From an uncultured Candidatus Binatia bacterium (GTDB lineage Bacteria; Desulfobacterota; Binatia; Bin18), in the NCBI GenBank assembly GCA_965214605.1, contig OZ243961.1, forward strand, positions 3,328,001 through 3,392,000: a stretch of DNA of 64,000 nt. The letters run 5' to 3'. This document shows positions 11,434 through 20,447 of the stretch, one piece after another. Under the pieces are notes generated by a model. The model worked only from the letters and a program-made list of their open reading frames with translations. It was not told the origin of the DNA and ran no database searches. A program made the position numbers and the translations under genes. Numbering within the stretch: the stretch's first letter is position 1; every line of letters begins with the position of its first letter.

Positions 11434-13746
11434 ATGCAGCGGATAGTGTGGAGCATTATTCTCATCAGCTTCCTGGTGTTGCTCGTGGCGGCAGGCGTGT
11501 CAGGGCAGCGGTTTCATCGACAACTTGAGCAGGAAGTGGTGTCGCGGTTTGACGGGCACAGTTGGCAGGTTGCGTCTAAGATCTACGCTGCGCCGTTTCT
11601 GCTGTATCCGGGTCAAAAAATCCATGCCCACACGCTCCTTGATCACCTAACCAGACTCGACTACCAGGCCGTTTCTGGAGCGGCTCGGGTCCGCGGGCAA
11701 TATGCGTATGACACCCAGCAGGAGCATGTCCAACTCTTTCTGCGTGAGTTTCCATCGATTTCACCCTACAATAGGGCACAGCGCATCCGTATCGTTCTGC
11801 GAGAAGATACGATTGAGCGCATCGTTGATCTTGACAGTGAAGAGGCCGAGCTGAGCGCGGTTGAGCTTAATCCCGAGGTGATCACAAAATTGTATGGGAA
11901 GGTGTGGGAAGAGCGCCGTATCATCAAGCTCTACGACCTCCCTTCTCTGTTAGTCAAAGCCGTGCTTGCCGCCGAGGATCATCGCTTCTTTGAACACCGT
12001 GGCATTGACCTATGGCGTATTATGGGAGCTTTCCTCGCCAACTGGATGGAGGGCGACCTGGTTCAGGGCGGCAGTACACTCACTCAACAACTGATCAAAA
12101 ATTTCTTTCTCTCCCCCGAACGCACCCTGGGGCGGAAACTGCTTGAGATTTGCATGGCCCTGATTGTGGAGCATCACTATTCTAAACTAGAGATTCTGGA
12201 GAATTATCTGAACGAGATCTACCTTGGGCAACGTGGACCAAAGGGCATTTTTGGCGTCTGGGAGGCGGCCCGTATCTATTTTGGCAAAGAACCACGTGAC
12301 CTGACCCTGAGCGAAATGGCCCTCTTGGCTGGGGCCATTAAAGCGCCGAATCGCTATGATCCAAGCCGTCACCTCGACCGGGCGCTCCAGCGCCGTAACT
12401 ATGTTCTGCGCCGTATGCGTGAACTGTATCCGTCCGAAATTCTTGAGGAAGACTATCAGGCTGCTCGAGACGTTGAGATCGTCCCGCGCCGGGCGACTCC
12501 TGGTCACAACGGGGCTCCCTATTTTGTTGACGCTATTCGGAAAAACCTTGAGGACGAGTACCCGAATGAAGTGCTGACAACGGCGGGGCTGCATATCTTT
12601 ACCTCCTTGGATATGCGTCTGCAGCGCATCGCCCAAGAGGCTGTCCGCAGCGGCCTCAACAATCTTGAGGCGCGCTATGCGCACCTGCAGCGAGACGATC
12701 CCGAAGATCGCCTGCAGGCCTGTCTGATTGCGCTCCAACCCCAGAGCGGTCGGATCCGGGCCATGGTGGGTGGACGGGACTATCAGCAGTCTCAATTTAA
12801 CCGCGCCACGCAAGCCCTGCGGCAACCCGGCTCAGTTTTTAAACCGGTGGTCTATCTGACCGCCCTGACGGGTAATGGCAAACACCACTACCATCCGGGC
12901 ACGATGATTGAGGATGAGCCTTTTTTATGGGAGTTTGGTGATCAGGAGTGGAGCCCCAAAAACTACACCAGACGCTACCGTGGGCAGGTGAGCTTACGGC
13001 GAGCCCTGGCTCTATCATTGAACGCGGCCACGGCGCGTTTAGCCAGAGGAATTGGGCTCAAGCCGATCCAAGAAACCGCCTGGACTCTTGGGTTCCACAG
13101 CCCGCTGCCGTTATACCCCTCTCTCTCCCTAGGGGCGGCAGAGGTGAGTCCTTTTGAAGTGGCGATTGCGTTTGGGACGCTTGCCAATAACGGGATTCGG
13201 GTTACGCCGCGAGCCATTACCGGCATTGTCAACCGTGATGAGGAGGTCATAGCGCGTGAGGACCTCGTCTTTACCCAAGCCATTTCTCCCCAAGATGCCT
13301 ATACAATCACGAACATGATGGAAACCGTTATGAATCGGGGAACTGCTAGGCGGGCGAGGGCAAACGGCTTTACCCGTCCCGCCGCGGGAAAAACGGGCAC
13401 GACAAACGATTATGGCGATGCATGGTTTATGGGCTACACGCCCGATCTACTGGCCGTTGTCTGGGTTGGCTTTGACCGTCGTCAATCCCTGAGACTAGCC
13501 GGCGGACAGGCGGCGCTTCCGATCTGGACAGAATTTATGAAGCGGGCTCTTGAAGGCCGGCCAGCCCTCCCCTTTGTCCAGCCTGCACCAGCTCCGGCTA
13601 GATCCGTCAATGCTGTTGGCTCGGATTTCGCCCCGTCTTCACCACCTCTCCATCTGCCGGTCCGGTTTCAGGAACTCGATGGCCAAGCTCTGATCCCGAC
13701 CGAGCACCTGCCTAGACCAAGCCGGATAAATGGCCGTAGCCCTTAG
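11434..13746 (+). CDS. mrcB: Class A penicillin-binding protein PBP1B (transglycosylase/transpeptidase with UB2H-like insert)
   Basis: N-terminal TM, EDHRFFEHRG, GGSTLTQQLIKN, SVFK, SLN and KTG motifs. Confidence 0.9.
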   Translation: MQRIVWSIILISFLVLLVAAGVSGQRFHRQLEQEVVSRFDGHSWQVASKIYAAPFLLYPGQKIHAHTLLDHLTRLDYQAVSGAARVRGQYAYDTQQEHVQLFLREFPSISPYNRAQRIRIVLREDTIERIVDLDSEEAELSAVELNPEVITKLYGKVWEERRIIKLYDLPSLLVKAVLAAEDHRFFEHRGIDLWRIMGAFLANWMEGDLVQGGSTLTQQLIKNFFLSPERTLGRKLLEICMALIVEHHYSKLEILENYLNEIYLGQRGPKGIFGVWEAARIYFGKEPRDLTLSEMALLAGAIKAPNRYDPSRHLDRALQRRNYVLRRMRELYPSEILEEDYQAARDVEIVPRRATPGHNGAPYFVDAIRKNLEDEYPNEVLTTAGLHIFTSLDMRLQRIAQEAVRSGLNNLEARYAHLQRDDPEDRLQACLIALQPQSGRIRAMVGGRDYQQSQFNRATQALRQPGSVFKPVVYLTALTGNGKHHYHPGTMIEDEPFLWEFGDQEWSPKNYTRRYRGQVSLRRALALSLNAATARLARGIGLKPIQETAWTLGFHSPLPLYPSLSLGAAEVSPFEVAIAFGTLANNGIRVTPRAITGIVNRDEEVIAREDLVFTQAISPQDAYTITNMMETVMNRGTARRARANGFTRPAAGKTGTTNDYGDAWFMGYTPDLLAVVWVGFDRRQSLRLAGGQAALPIWTEFMKRALEGRPALPFVQPAPAPARSVNAVGSDFAPSSPPLHLPVRFQELDGQALIPTEHLPRPSRINGRSP

Positions 13747-14616
13747 ATGGATGTTGTGAAACATTGCACAAAAAATATCCCCCACCGACGCTCCCATCGC
13801 GGCCGACCGAGACACGGGGCGGTGTGGGTGGCGATGTCCGTAGTGTGGTGCTATGGAGCCGAATGCCACGCTCAGCCACAACCGAGCGACTTCGGGGACA
13901 AGGCGGTAAGCGAAGCCATTCGAGAGGAAGATCTCTCAGCCGGTCAGCCCCTCCAGCCATCAGGCTCGGCTAGCCTGGACGCTGGGCGTCCGTTTCGCAG
14001 CGGATGGGTGCCAAGCCGGCCTTTTCCGGCACGCGGCAGGACCGTTCCCTCCCCCTCCGTGTCCGGTTCTCCCGCCTTGCCCCTGCCCCGTGAGAAAACG
14101 CCCGCAGGACCAGACGAGAGAGCACAAGGGGCTGGCGAGACCGCAGACCTCTCGCCGGGCGACCTCGTTGCCCTGCGTTTTGTGGAAGAGGGGCGGAATA
14201 TCTTAGAAGCAGGAGAGCTTGAGCGAGCGCAGCTCCTGTTTGAACGGGCAGTAGAACTTGCCCCGTTTCAGCCCTACAGCTACCACTTCCTCGGTCGCAT
14301 CTCCTTCTCCCAGGGCAAGCTTCAACAAGCCCTGGCATTTTTACAAAAAGCCGAGTTGCTGTTGTCCCAGACAAATACCGCCTGGCTCGGCGAAACAATC
14401 TGTTTACGGGGACAGGTGACCGAGGACCTCGGAGATATTGAGGAAGCCCGCTCAGCCTATAACCGGTGTCTCCGTTTTGCCCCAGGCAACCTCCAGGCCG
14501 TGACGGCCCTGACCCGTTTGCCCCAACCTGAGCCAGTGTTTCCACTCGGTGTTCCCCAAACGAATGTTTTCCAAACACAACCTGACAGTACTGGGGATAG
14601 AGACGTCCTGCGATGA
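13747..14616 (+). CDS. TPR-repeat protein with signal-like N-terminus and Pro/Ser-rich linker
   Basis: About three TPR units (EEGRNILEAGELERA...; LGRISFSQGK...; RGQVTEDLGD...). Start uncertain. Confidence 0.8.
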   Translation: MDVVKHCTKNIPHRRSHRGRPRHGAVWVAMSVVWCYGAECHAQPQPSDFGDKAVSEAIREEDLSAGQPLQPSGSASLDAGRPFRSGWVPSRPFPARGRTVPSPSVSGSPALPLPREKTPAGPDERAQGAGETADLSPGDLVALRFVEEGRNILEAGELERAQLLFERAVELAPFQPYSYHFLGRISFSQGKLQQALAFLQKAELLLSQTNTAWLGETICLRGQVTEDLGDIEEARSAYNRCLRFAPGNLQAVTALTRLPQPEPVFPLGVPQTNVFQTQPDSTGDRDVLR

Positions 14617-15571
14617 CACGGCAGCCGCCGTTGTACGGGGACGGCATGTCCTAGCCAGTGTGGTATCTTCCCAAGACGCCGTCCACAGCCCGTATGGGGG
14701 CATCGTGCCAGAACTCGCCTCGCGTCACCACACGGGCAATATTGTCCCGATTGTGGACTCCGCCCTTCGGCAGGCCAAGGTGGGTGTGGAGGATCTCGAC
14801 GGGATTGCCGTCACCTGTGGACCGGGCCTGATTGGCTCTCTCTTGGTCGGACTCTCATTTGCCAAAGCTTTAGCCTTTGCTCACTCGGTCCCGTTTGTTG
14901 GGGTTAACCATCTGGAGGGTCATCTCCTCGCCGTGCTGCTTGAGCAGGATATTGCCTTCCCTTTTGTGTGTCTTCTGGTCTCCGGCGGCCATACCTGTTT
15001 ATATCATGCACGTGCTCCTGGAGCGTACGACCGGCTCGGTGCTACCCGCGATGACGCCGCTGGCGAGGCCTTTGATAAAGCCGCGAAGATGATGGGGTTT
15101 GGCTATCCCGGAGGACGCATTATTGACGGGCTGGCTCAGCGGGGCGATCCTACGGCTTTTGCCTTTCCCCGTGCACGTTTAAAAAAGGGGAAGTACGATT
15201 TTAGTTTTAGTGGCCTGAAGACGGCCATCCGCCAGTTTCTCCAGACTCCCCATCGGGAAACATTGGCCGAGGCCGACATTGCTGCCAGCTATCAAGAAGC
15301 CGTGGTCGATATGCTGCTAGAACCGACCCTGCGTGCCGTCCGAGACTTGGGCCTCAAGCGGGTCGTCGTCTCGGGCGGAGTGTCGGCCAATTCCCGCTTG
15401 CGGAAACGGATGGAGGACGAGGGGGAGCGGTGTGGTCTGCAGGTCTGGGTTCCGTCGCTTCCGCTGTGCACAGATAATGCCGCGATGATTGCCTTTGCCG
15501 GTGCATGGCGTCTCGCCGATGGACAGCGTGCTGGCCTTGATTTAAACGCCGCTGCCACCCTCCGCCTGTAG
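14564..15571 (+). CDS. tsaD: tRNA threonylcarbamoyladenosine biosynthesis protein TsaD
   Basis: LGIETSCDDT, GGIVPELASRHH, HLEGH, SGGHT, DDAAGEAFDK and CTDNAAMI. Confidence 0.97.
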   Translation: MFSKHNLTVLGIETSCDDTAAAVVRGRHVLASVVSSQDAVHSPYGGIVPELASRHHTGNIVPIVDSALRQAKVGVEDLDGIAVTCGPGLIGSLLVGLSFAKALAFAHSVPFVGVNHLEGHLLAVLLEQDIAFPFVCLLVSGGHTCLYHARAPGAYDRLGATRDDAAGEAFDKAAKMMGFGYPGGRIIDGLAQRGDPTAFAFPRARLKKGKYDFSFSGLKTAIRQFLQTPHRETLAEADIAASYQEAVVDMLLEPTLRAVRDLGLKRVVVSGGVSANSRLRKRMEDEGERCGLQVWVPSLPLCTDNAAMIAFAGAWRLADGQRAGLDLNAAATLRL

Positions 15572-15616
15572 GCCCCGTGTGCCGCTCGGAGATGAAAGAC
15601 AAGCCCCTCTCCGCTT

Positions 15617-16459
15617 ATGCCTAGCCTTCTACAGCAAACCGCTTTTGCCCTGAGTGAGCTGAAAATCCGCCCTCACAGGCGGCTCGGCCAGCATTTTCTT
15701 ATTGACGCCGAGGTTGTGCGGCGCATGATCCAAGCGGCTGAGCTGACTTCGGACACTGCCGTCTTAGAGATCGGACCTGGATTAGGCGTTGTCTCCGAGG
15801 CACTCCTCGATATCGGTGTTCAGCTCTATCTGGTTGAGGTCGACCGGGTGCTAGCCCAATGCTTGGCCCAGCGCTTGGCGCGCTTTGAGACCGTCCGGGT
15901 TGTGGCAGCCGATTTTTTGAAACTTGATATGGCGCGTACCTTTTCTCATACCCCCATCCGGGTCGTTGCCAGCTTGCCGTATCAAGTGGCAACCCCTATT
16001 CTCTTTCGTCTGCTCGAACATCGGACACGCTTTCCCGAAGCGACGGTGATGCTCCAAAAAGAAGTGGCTGAACGTGTCGGTGCTGGACCGGGCACAAAGG
16101 CGTATGGAGTGCTGTCTGTGTTGATGCAGCTGTACGCTGAGGTCAAGACAGTCTGTACGGTTGGACCACGGAGCTTCTTTCCCGCGCCAAGAGTACAATC
16201 CCAGGTGATCAAAATGGTCTTTCACGCCCAGCCTCGGGTGGCGGTCCACGACCTGCGCATGTTTACGCGGGTGGTGAGAGCCGCTTTTGCCCAGCGGCGT
16301 AAGACGCTGCGCAATACGCTACGCGCTGCTGGATTTTCGGCGCTTGAGGACATTGCGGCTCAGCTCAATCTCGACCTGCAGCGCCGCGGAGAAACCCTAG
16401 GCCTGGAAGAATTCGCCACTCTGGCAAACGCGTTCAGCAGACGGGACGGGCCAACCTAG
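15617..16459 (+). CDS. rsmA: 16S rRNA m6,2A1518/1519 dimethyltransferase
   Basis: LGQHFL, LEIGPGLG, SLPYQV, MLQKEVAER and QRRKTLRN. Confidence 0.96.
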   Translation: MPSLLQQTAFALSELKIRPHRRLGQHFLIDAEVVRRMIQAAELTSDTAVLEIGPGLGVVSEALLDIGVQLYLVEVDRVLAQCLAQRLARFETVRVVAADFLKLDMARTFSHTPIRVVASLPYQVATPILFRLLEHRTRFPEATVMLQKEVAERVGAGPGTKAYGVLSVLMQLYAEVKTVCTVGPRSFFPAPRVQSQVIKMVFHAQPRVAVHDLRMFTRVVRAAFAQRRKTLRNTLRAAGFSALEDIAAQLNLDLQRRGETLGLEEFATLANAFSRRDGPT

Positions 16460-17219
16460 CGTCCGCCCGATGCTGCCGGTAGGCGCTCAGCAATAGACCG
16501 AAATCTTGGGCCGAGAAATACTGCCCGTGGGGATCGAACTTCTTAATCGAACGTCGTAGGCGCTGCAGGTTCCGCCGGCAGCGGGAGGCTTGGAGTGGAG
16601 CTGGAAAGACGCGCGCTCGATCAAAGTCGATCAATAAGACTGCCGGAGTCTCGTCCTCAAAACGGACCAGGACGTTCGTCAGGTTGAGGTCCGCGTGCTG
16701 TATGCCTACCGCGTGCAGGCGCGCAATAGTGTGGGCGGCCGCCAGGACAACCTGCCGGCGTTGAGGGAGGCGTGGCCGCATCGTCAGCCAGGCCCACCAG
16801 TTTGTGTACCCGTCGGCAGCCCGGGAAATCAGCACGCCACGGTACAAGCAAAAAGACCGCCATTCGACACAGGCGCCAAGGACCTCTCCGGTCGGAACTC
16901 CGCGCTGGCGGGCGAGGTGGGTGACGTATAATTCGGCCAAGGGACGCGGAGGCTGGTCCCAGTAGGTGTCTCGTACAAAGTGGCGGATGAAGCCACCGCG
17001 CCGGTAGCGACGGATCAGCAGACTCCCATGCTCGCCAAGCGCAACCCGGACCATCTTCCCCCGTCCACCTTGAACGGCAGCGGGATCGGCCTTGGTCGGA
17101 CCGGCCAGGGCCGGTCCAATCGTCTCTTCCCAGCCCACTTTCAGCCAACACAGCTGATGGGACGAGCGCTTGGCAACAAATTCGTGCGGAGGAGAAAGCC
17201 GAACCTTGCGAAACAACAT
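16434..17219 (-). CDS. Kdo kinase / LPS kinase (KdkA/InaA family)
   Basis: GGRG, RRYRRGG, HADLNLTNVL, LIDFDRA and NLQRLRRS motifs. Confidence 0.85.
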   Translation of the reverse strand: MLFRKVRLSPPHEFVAKRSSHQLCWLKVGWEETIGPALAGPTKADPAAVQGGRGKMVRVALGEHGSLLIRRYRRGGFIRHFVRDTYWDQPPRPLAELYVTHLARQRGVPTGEVLGACVEWRSFCLYRGVLISRAADGYTNWWAWLTMRPRLPQRRQVVLAAAHTIARLHAVGIQHADLNLTNVLVRFEDETPAVLLIDFDRARVFPAPLQASRCRRNLQRLRRSIKKFDPHGQYFSAQDFGLLLSAYRQHRADARLARPVC

Positions 17220-17246
17220 CGGGAGAACGGTGCGATGACAACCAGT

Positions 17247-17519
17247 CTAGGAGGACTTCCGACCTTGGTTAAATTCCCACAGTTTAAGCCAGCTCACAAA
17301 CACCTCATAGGCGGCAAAGATAGCCTCGCTAAACCCGATCATACCGAGCCGCCACCCGCCCTGCCAAATATAGACCCGCATGAAGACCAGCCCAGGCCGA
17401 TACATGATGGTCCACAAGCGCGCTTTTTTGCCTTCGGTGGCAAGCTGGGCCGCCCGACGCGAAGTCGCCTCGTTCAGCTCCTGAAATCGCTCACGCAGGG
17501 ATTGATCAGGGCTTGGCAT
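17247..17519 (-). CDS. Small (90 aa) protein resembling the C-terminal helical domain of WaaE/KdtX-type GT2 glucosyltransferases
   Basis: LNEATSRRAAQL...RPGLVFMRVYIWQGGWRLGMIGF...WLKLWE pattern. Start overlaps the waaF stop. Confidence 0.7.
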   Translation of the reverse strand: MPSPDQSLRERFQELNEATSRRAAQLATEGKKARLWTIMYRPGLVFMRVYIWQGGWRLGMIGFSEAIFAAYEVFVSWLKLWEFNQGRKSS

Positions 17520-18573
17520 AGGCGGCGGGCGGCGGGCGGAGTAGTTGATCGACTCCTGCCAGGACATCTTGGACGCCAATCGAACGCATACAGGCCTCTG
17601 TGTCACGCGGACAGCGCGGTCCGCCATGCCGACCACACGGGCGACAGAAGAGCTCTTTTTGCTCAACGACGACCGATTGAGGACTATACGGGCCGTATCC
17701 CAAGCTCGGTGTGGTTGCACAAAAAATCGCGACCACAGGTACGCCTCGAGCGACCGCGAGGTGCATCGGCGCACTATCATTGCTGACCACAACACGGGCC
17801 CGGTCGAGGAGTGCCATGAAGGTTTGCAGGTCCGTTTGTCCGGCTAGGTTCACCCCTCGTCCGTCGGCCCGGCTCTGAACGGCTCGGGTGAGGGCAAGAT
17901 CGTCAGGACCCCCACACATGAGCACCCTGCCATAGCTCCGCTCCAGGGCCTGGACTAAGCCGGCATAGCCCTCAATCGTCCACCGTTTGGTGAACCAGAC
18001 CGATCCTGGGCAGACAATAAAGAGCGGCTGTGCGGTGTCAAGCTGGTATCGTTCGAGGAGCGTCTGAGCCTTTTGTCGTGCGGCCTCGCTATACGTCACC
18101 CGTGGACGGGTCGCATACTGCTGGGGATCCAAGCCAAAGACGCGCAACAGACTTAAAATACGTTCAACCTCGTGTCCCTGTGCATCTCGAACCGCCGTCC
18201 GATGGTACAGAAACCAGCCCGGACTTTGCCGGAACCCCACCCGATAGGGGATACCCGCCAGGGCCAGTAAGAGGGCTGTGCGAAACGATTTATGGGGCGC
18301 AATGGCTAGGGTGAACCCCCTGTGTCCGAGCTGCCGGGCGGTACGGATCAGCCCGCTGAGTCCACGTCCTTGCGTTCGCTTGGCATCGACAACGACAGCG
18401 TCCACATCCGGATGCTGGGCTAACAGCGGCTCGGCCTGCGGCGTGGTCAGGACGCTCAACGACGTCGGCGCAAGGGTCTGACGCAGCGCGCTCAACAGCG
18501 GCGTGGTCAGCACCGTATCGCCCAGAAATCCGGTTTGGGCGACAAGCAAGCGGGGATGGGGAGGCAGCTGCAT
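17506..18573 (-). CDS. waaF: LPS heptosyltransferase II (GT9)
   Basis: QTGFLGDTVLTTP, CPGSVWFTKRW and SNDSAPMHLA. Lies in the LPS operon. Confidence 0.85.
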   Translation of the reverse strand: MQLPPHPRLLVAQTGFLGDTVLTTPLLSALRQTLAPTSLSVLTTPQAEPLLAQHPDVDAVVVDAKRTQGRGLSGLIRTARQLGHRGFTLAIAPHKSFRTALLLALAGIPYRVGFRQSPGWFLYHRTAVRDAQGHEVERILSLLRVFGLDPQQYATRPRVTYSEAARQKAQTLLERYQLDTAQPLFIVCPGSVWFTKRWTIEGYAGLVQALERSYGRVLMCGGPDDLALTRAVQSRADGRGVNLAGQTDLQTFMALLDRARVVVSNDSAPMHLAVARGVPVVAIFCATTPSLGYGPYSPQSVVVEQKELFCRPCGRHGGPRCPRDTEACMRSIGVQDVLAGVDQLLRPPPAAYAKP

Positions 18574-18597
18574 GAGGAGAGAGAGTGGAAAACTCGC

Positions 18598-19332
18598 TTA
18601 GCCGGCCACCTTACGAAAGCGCACGACCAGATTATCCTCCATCATCACGCGCGGGTGGATGAGCCAGGACTGGAGACGTTTGTTTTCGCGTTTTTGACGC
18701 GGATTCTTTTCCCGTAGTTGGAGGGTGTACCAGGTATAGGCCATAATCGGCAAGACAAACACGATCCACAGCCACCGCGAATAGCCCTTGACTTTACTGT
18801 GACCTAGCCGTTCGATTTCCAGGCCGTTTTGTTTGCTCAGATAATACAGGATAGGCAGATCAATCGGGTAGTTGTGAAAACGATGGGCGTCCTCGAGAGG
18901 CGTATCAAACGGAATAAAACGGCGCTTGGTCTTATGATAGCCGCTGAGAAAAAAATGCAGCCGCGAGTTGAGGCGCATAATGTTCGGGGTGGTTAGGATC
19001 AGGATGCCACCCGGCTTGAGGATCCGCGTCAGTTCTGTCAGGGCCAGGCGATGATTCTCCAGATGTTCGATCACCTCGACCAGCAAAAGAACATCAAAGC
19101 TAGCGTCGTCATACGGCAGGGGGTGACGCAAATCCACCCCATAATCAACCGGAATGTCATCCAGGCCGGGACCACTCGGCTCGAAGTTTGTCCCGCGCAA
19201 GACCAAACCGCGCGACCGCAGGGCCTGCAGGACCTCGCCCTCTTTACAGCTCACGTCCAGGAGCCGTTGACCCGGCGCTGACACATCAGCCAGCAGGTCG
19301 GTAACAGCTTTGATGAGGAACGGCGCGGCCAT
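18598..19332 (-). CDS. Class I SAM-dependent methyltransferase (type 11)
   Basis: LLDVSC..G, LPYDDASFD, EVIEHL and RILKPGG...TTPN. Confidence 0.88.
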   Translation of the reverse strand: MAAPFLIKAVTDLLADVSAPGQRLLDVSCKEGEVLQALRSRGLVLRGTNFEPSGPGLDDIPVDYGVDLRHPLPYDDASFDVLLLVEVIEHLENHRLALTELTRILKPGGILILTTPNIMRLNSRLHFFLSGYHKTKRRFIPFDTPLEDAHRFHNYPIDLPILYYLSKQNGLEIERLGHSKVKGYSRWLWIVFVLPIMAYTWYTLQLREKNPRQKRENKRLQSWLIHPRVMMEDNLVVRFRKVAG

Positions 19333-19333
19333 A

Positions 19334-20443
19334 TCATTCCGTTTCGATTGAGTATTCTAGTTGGCGCTCAATCCTGGTGAGTAGACGGTCCGCGTCGCTG
19401 ACCTCCATACGGACCCGCAGCGCTACTAGCTTCCCGGTCGGAAAAGGAAACCGCTCGAGTTTGACCAGATCCTTTTCGGTTGTGACAATGAGGTCACGCC
19501 CCTGGCTAGCCGTTACAATAGTCCGCCAATCCGTCTGTGTATAGGTATGGTGATCAGGAAAGGACACCACTTCGCTCAGCTCGGCTTCGTAGCGCTGTAG
19601 GAGCGCATAGAAGGGCAGAGGATTGGCAATACCAGCTACGGCCAACACGTGTTGACGATACAGCAGGGTGAGCGGCAGCTCCTGCCAGCCGTCTTGGACC
19701 GACTGGACGAGACTCGTGGGTATGAGGTCACCGTGGAAGATGGGAGATTTGTCTTGATCCCGGTCTAGATCTCCTCCCTTGAGCTGCTCGCCCGGCCGTG
19801 TTTTGGTTGACACTATAATATCGGCCCGTCGGGCGGCCGATAGCGGCTCGCGCAAGGGACCTGCCGGCAGCAGCCATTCTTTGTCAAGTCCGTGGCGAGT
19901 CTGGCGACCGGCGATGAGCAGCAGGTCAATATCGCGTTTGAGTTTACGGTGCTGGAAGCCGTCGTCAAGAATAACAACATCGCTGGCAAAATTTTGACCG
20001 GCCAGTTGGGCGGCTTTCAGCCGGTTTTTTCCGGCAATGACGACCCCTGAGAAGGCCCGGGATAGCATCACCGCCTCATCTCCAACCTCAGCCACAGTTG
20101 CCCAGATTTCTCCTCCAGCACCAACCGCTGTCGTGTCTGACCGACTCCCCTTGTAGCCCTGGGTCACAATACCGATGCGGTAGTTGGTGCGGAGCTGGAG
20201 GGCTTGGGCTAGCCACAGCACAAAGGGGGTCTTCCCGCTGCCTCCAACCGTCAGGTTCCCGACACTGATCACTTTTGGAACGGCCTCTTTTATTGGCAGC
20301 AGCCGCCAGTTGTACAACACATTCCGGCTGCGGACGAGGGCTGAAAAGCCGAGAGCAAAAGGGGTCAGAGACAACCACACAAGGCGGCTCCAGAGCTGCC
20401 GACGTTGCCAAATCGTTTGGATCACACGTGCCACAACCGCCAT
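19334..20443 (-). CDS. lpxK: Tetraacyldisaccharide 4'-kinase
   Basis: SVGNLTVGGSGKTP, GDEA, LDDGFQH, LPAGPLRE, FPDHH and TTEKD. Confidence 0.96.
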   Translation of the reverse strand: MAVVARVIQTIWQRRQLWSRLVWLSLTPFALGFSALVRSRNVLYNWRLLPIKEAVPKVISVGNLTVGGSGKTPFVLWLAQALQLRTNYRIGIVTQGYKGSRSDTTAVGAGGEIWATVAEVGDEAVMLSRAFSGVVIAGKNRLKAAQLAGQNFASDVVILDDGFQHRKLKRDIDLLLIAGRQTRHGLDKEWLLPAGPLREPLSAARRADIIVSTKTRPGEQLKGGDLDRDQDKSPIFHGDLIPTSLVQSVQDGWQELPLTLLYRQHVLAVAGIANPLPFYALLQRYEAELSEVVSFPDHHTYTQTDWRTIVTASQGRDLIVTTEKDLVKLERFPFPTGKLVALRVRMEVSDADRLLTRIERQLEYSIETE

Positions 20444-20447
20444 CTCT

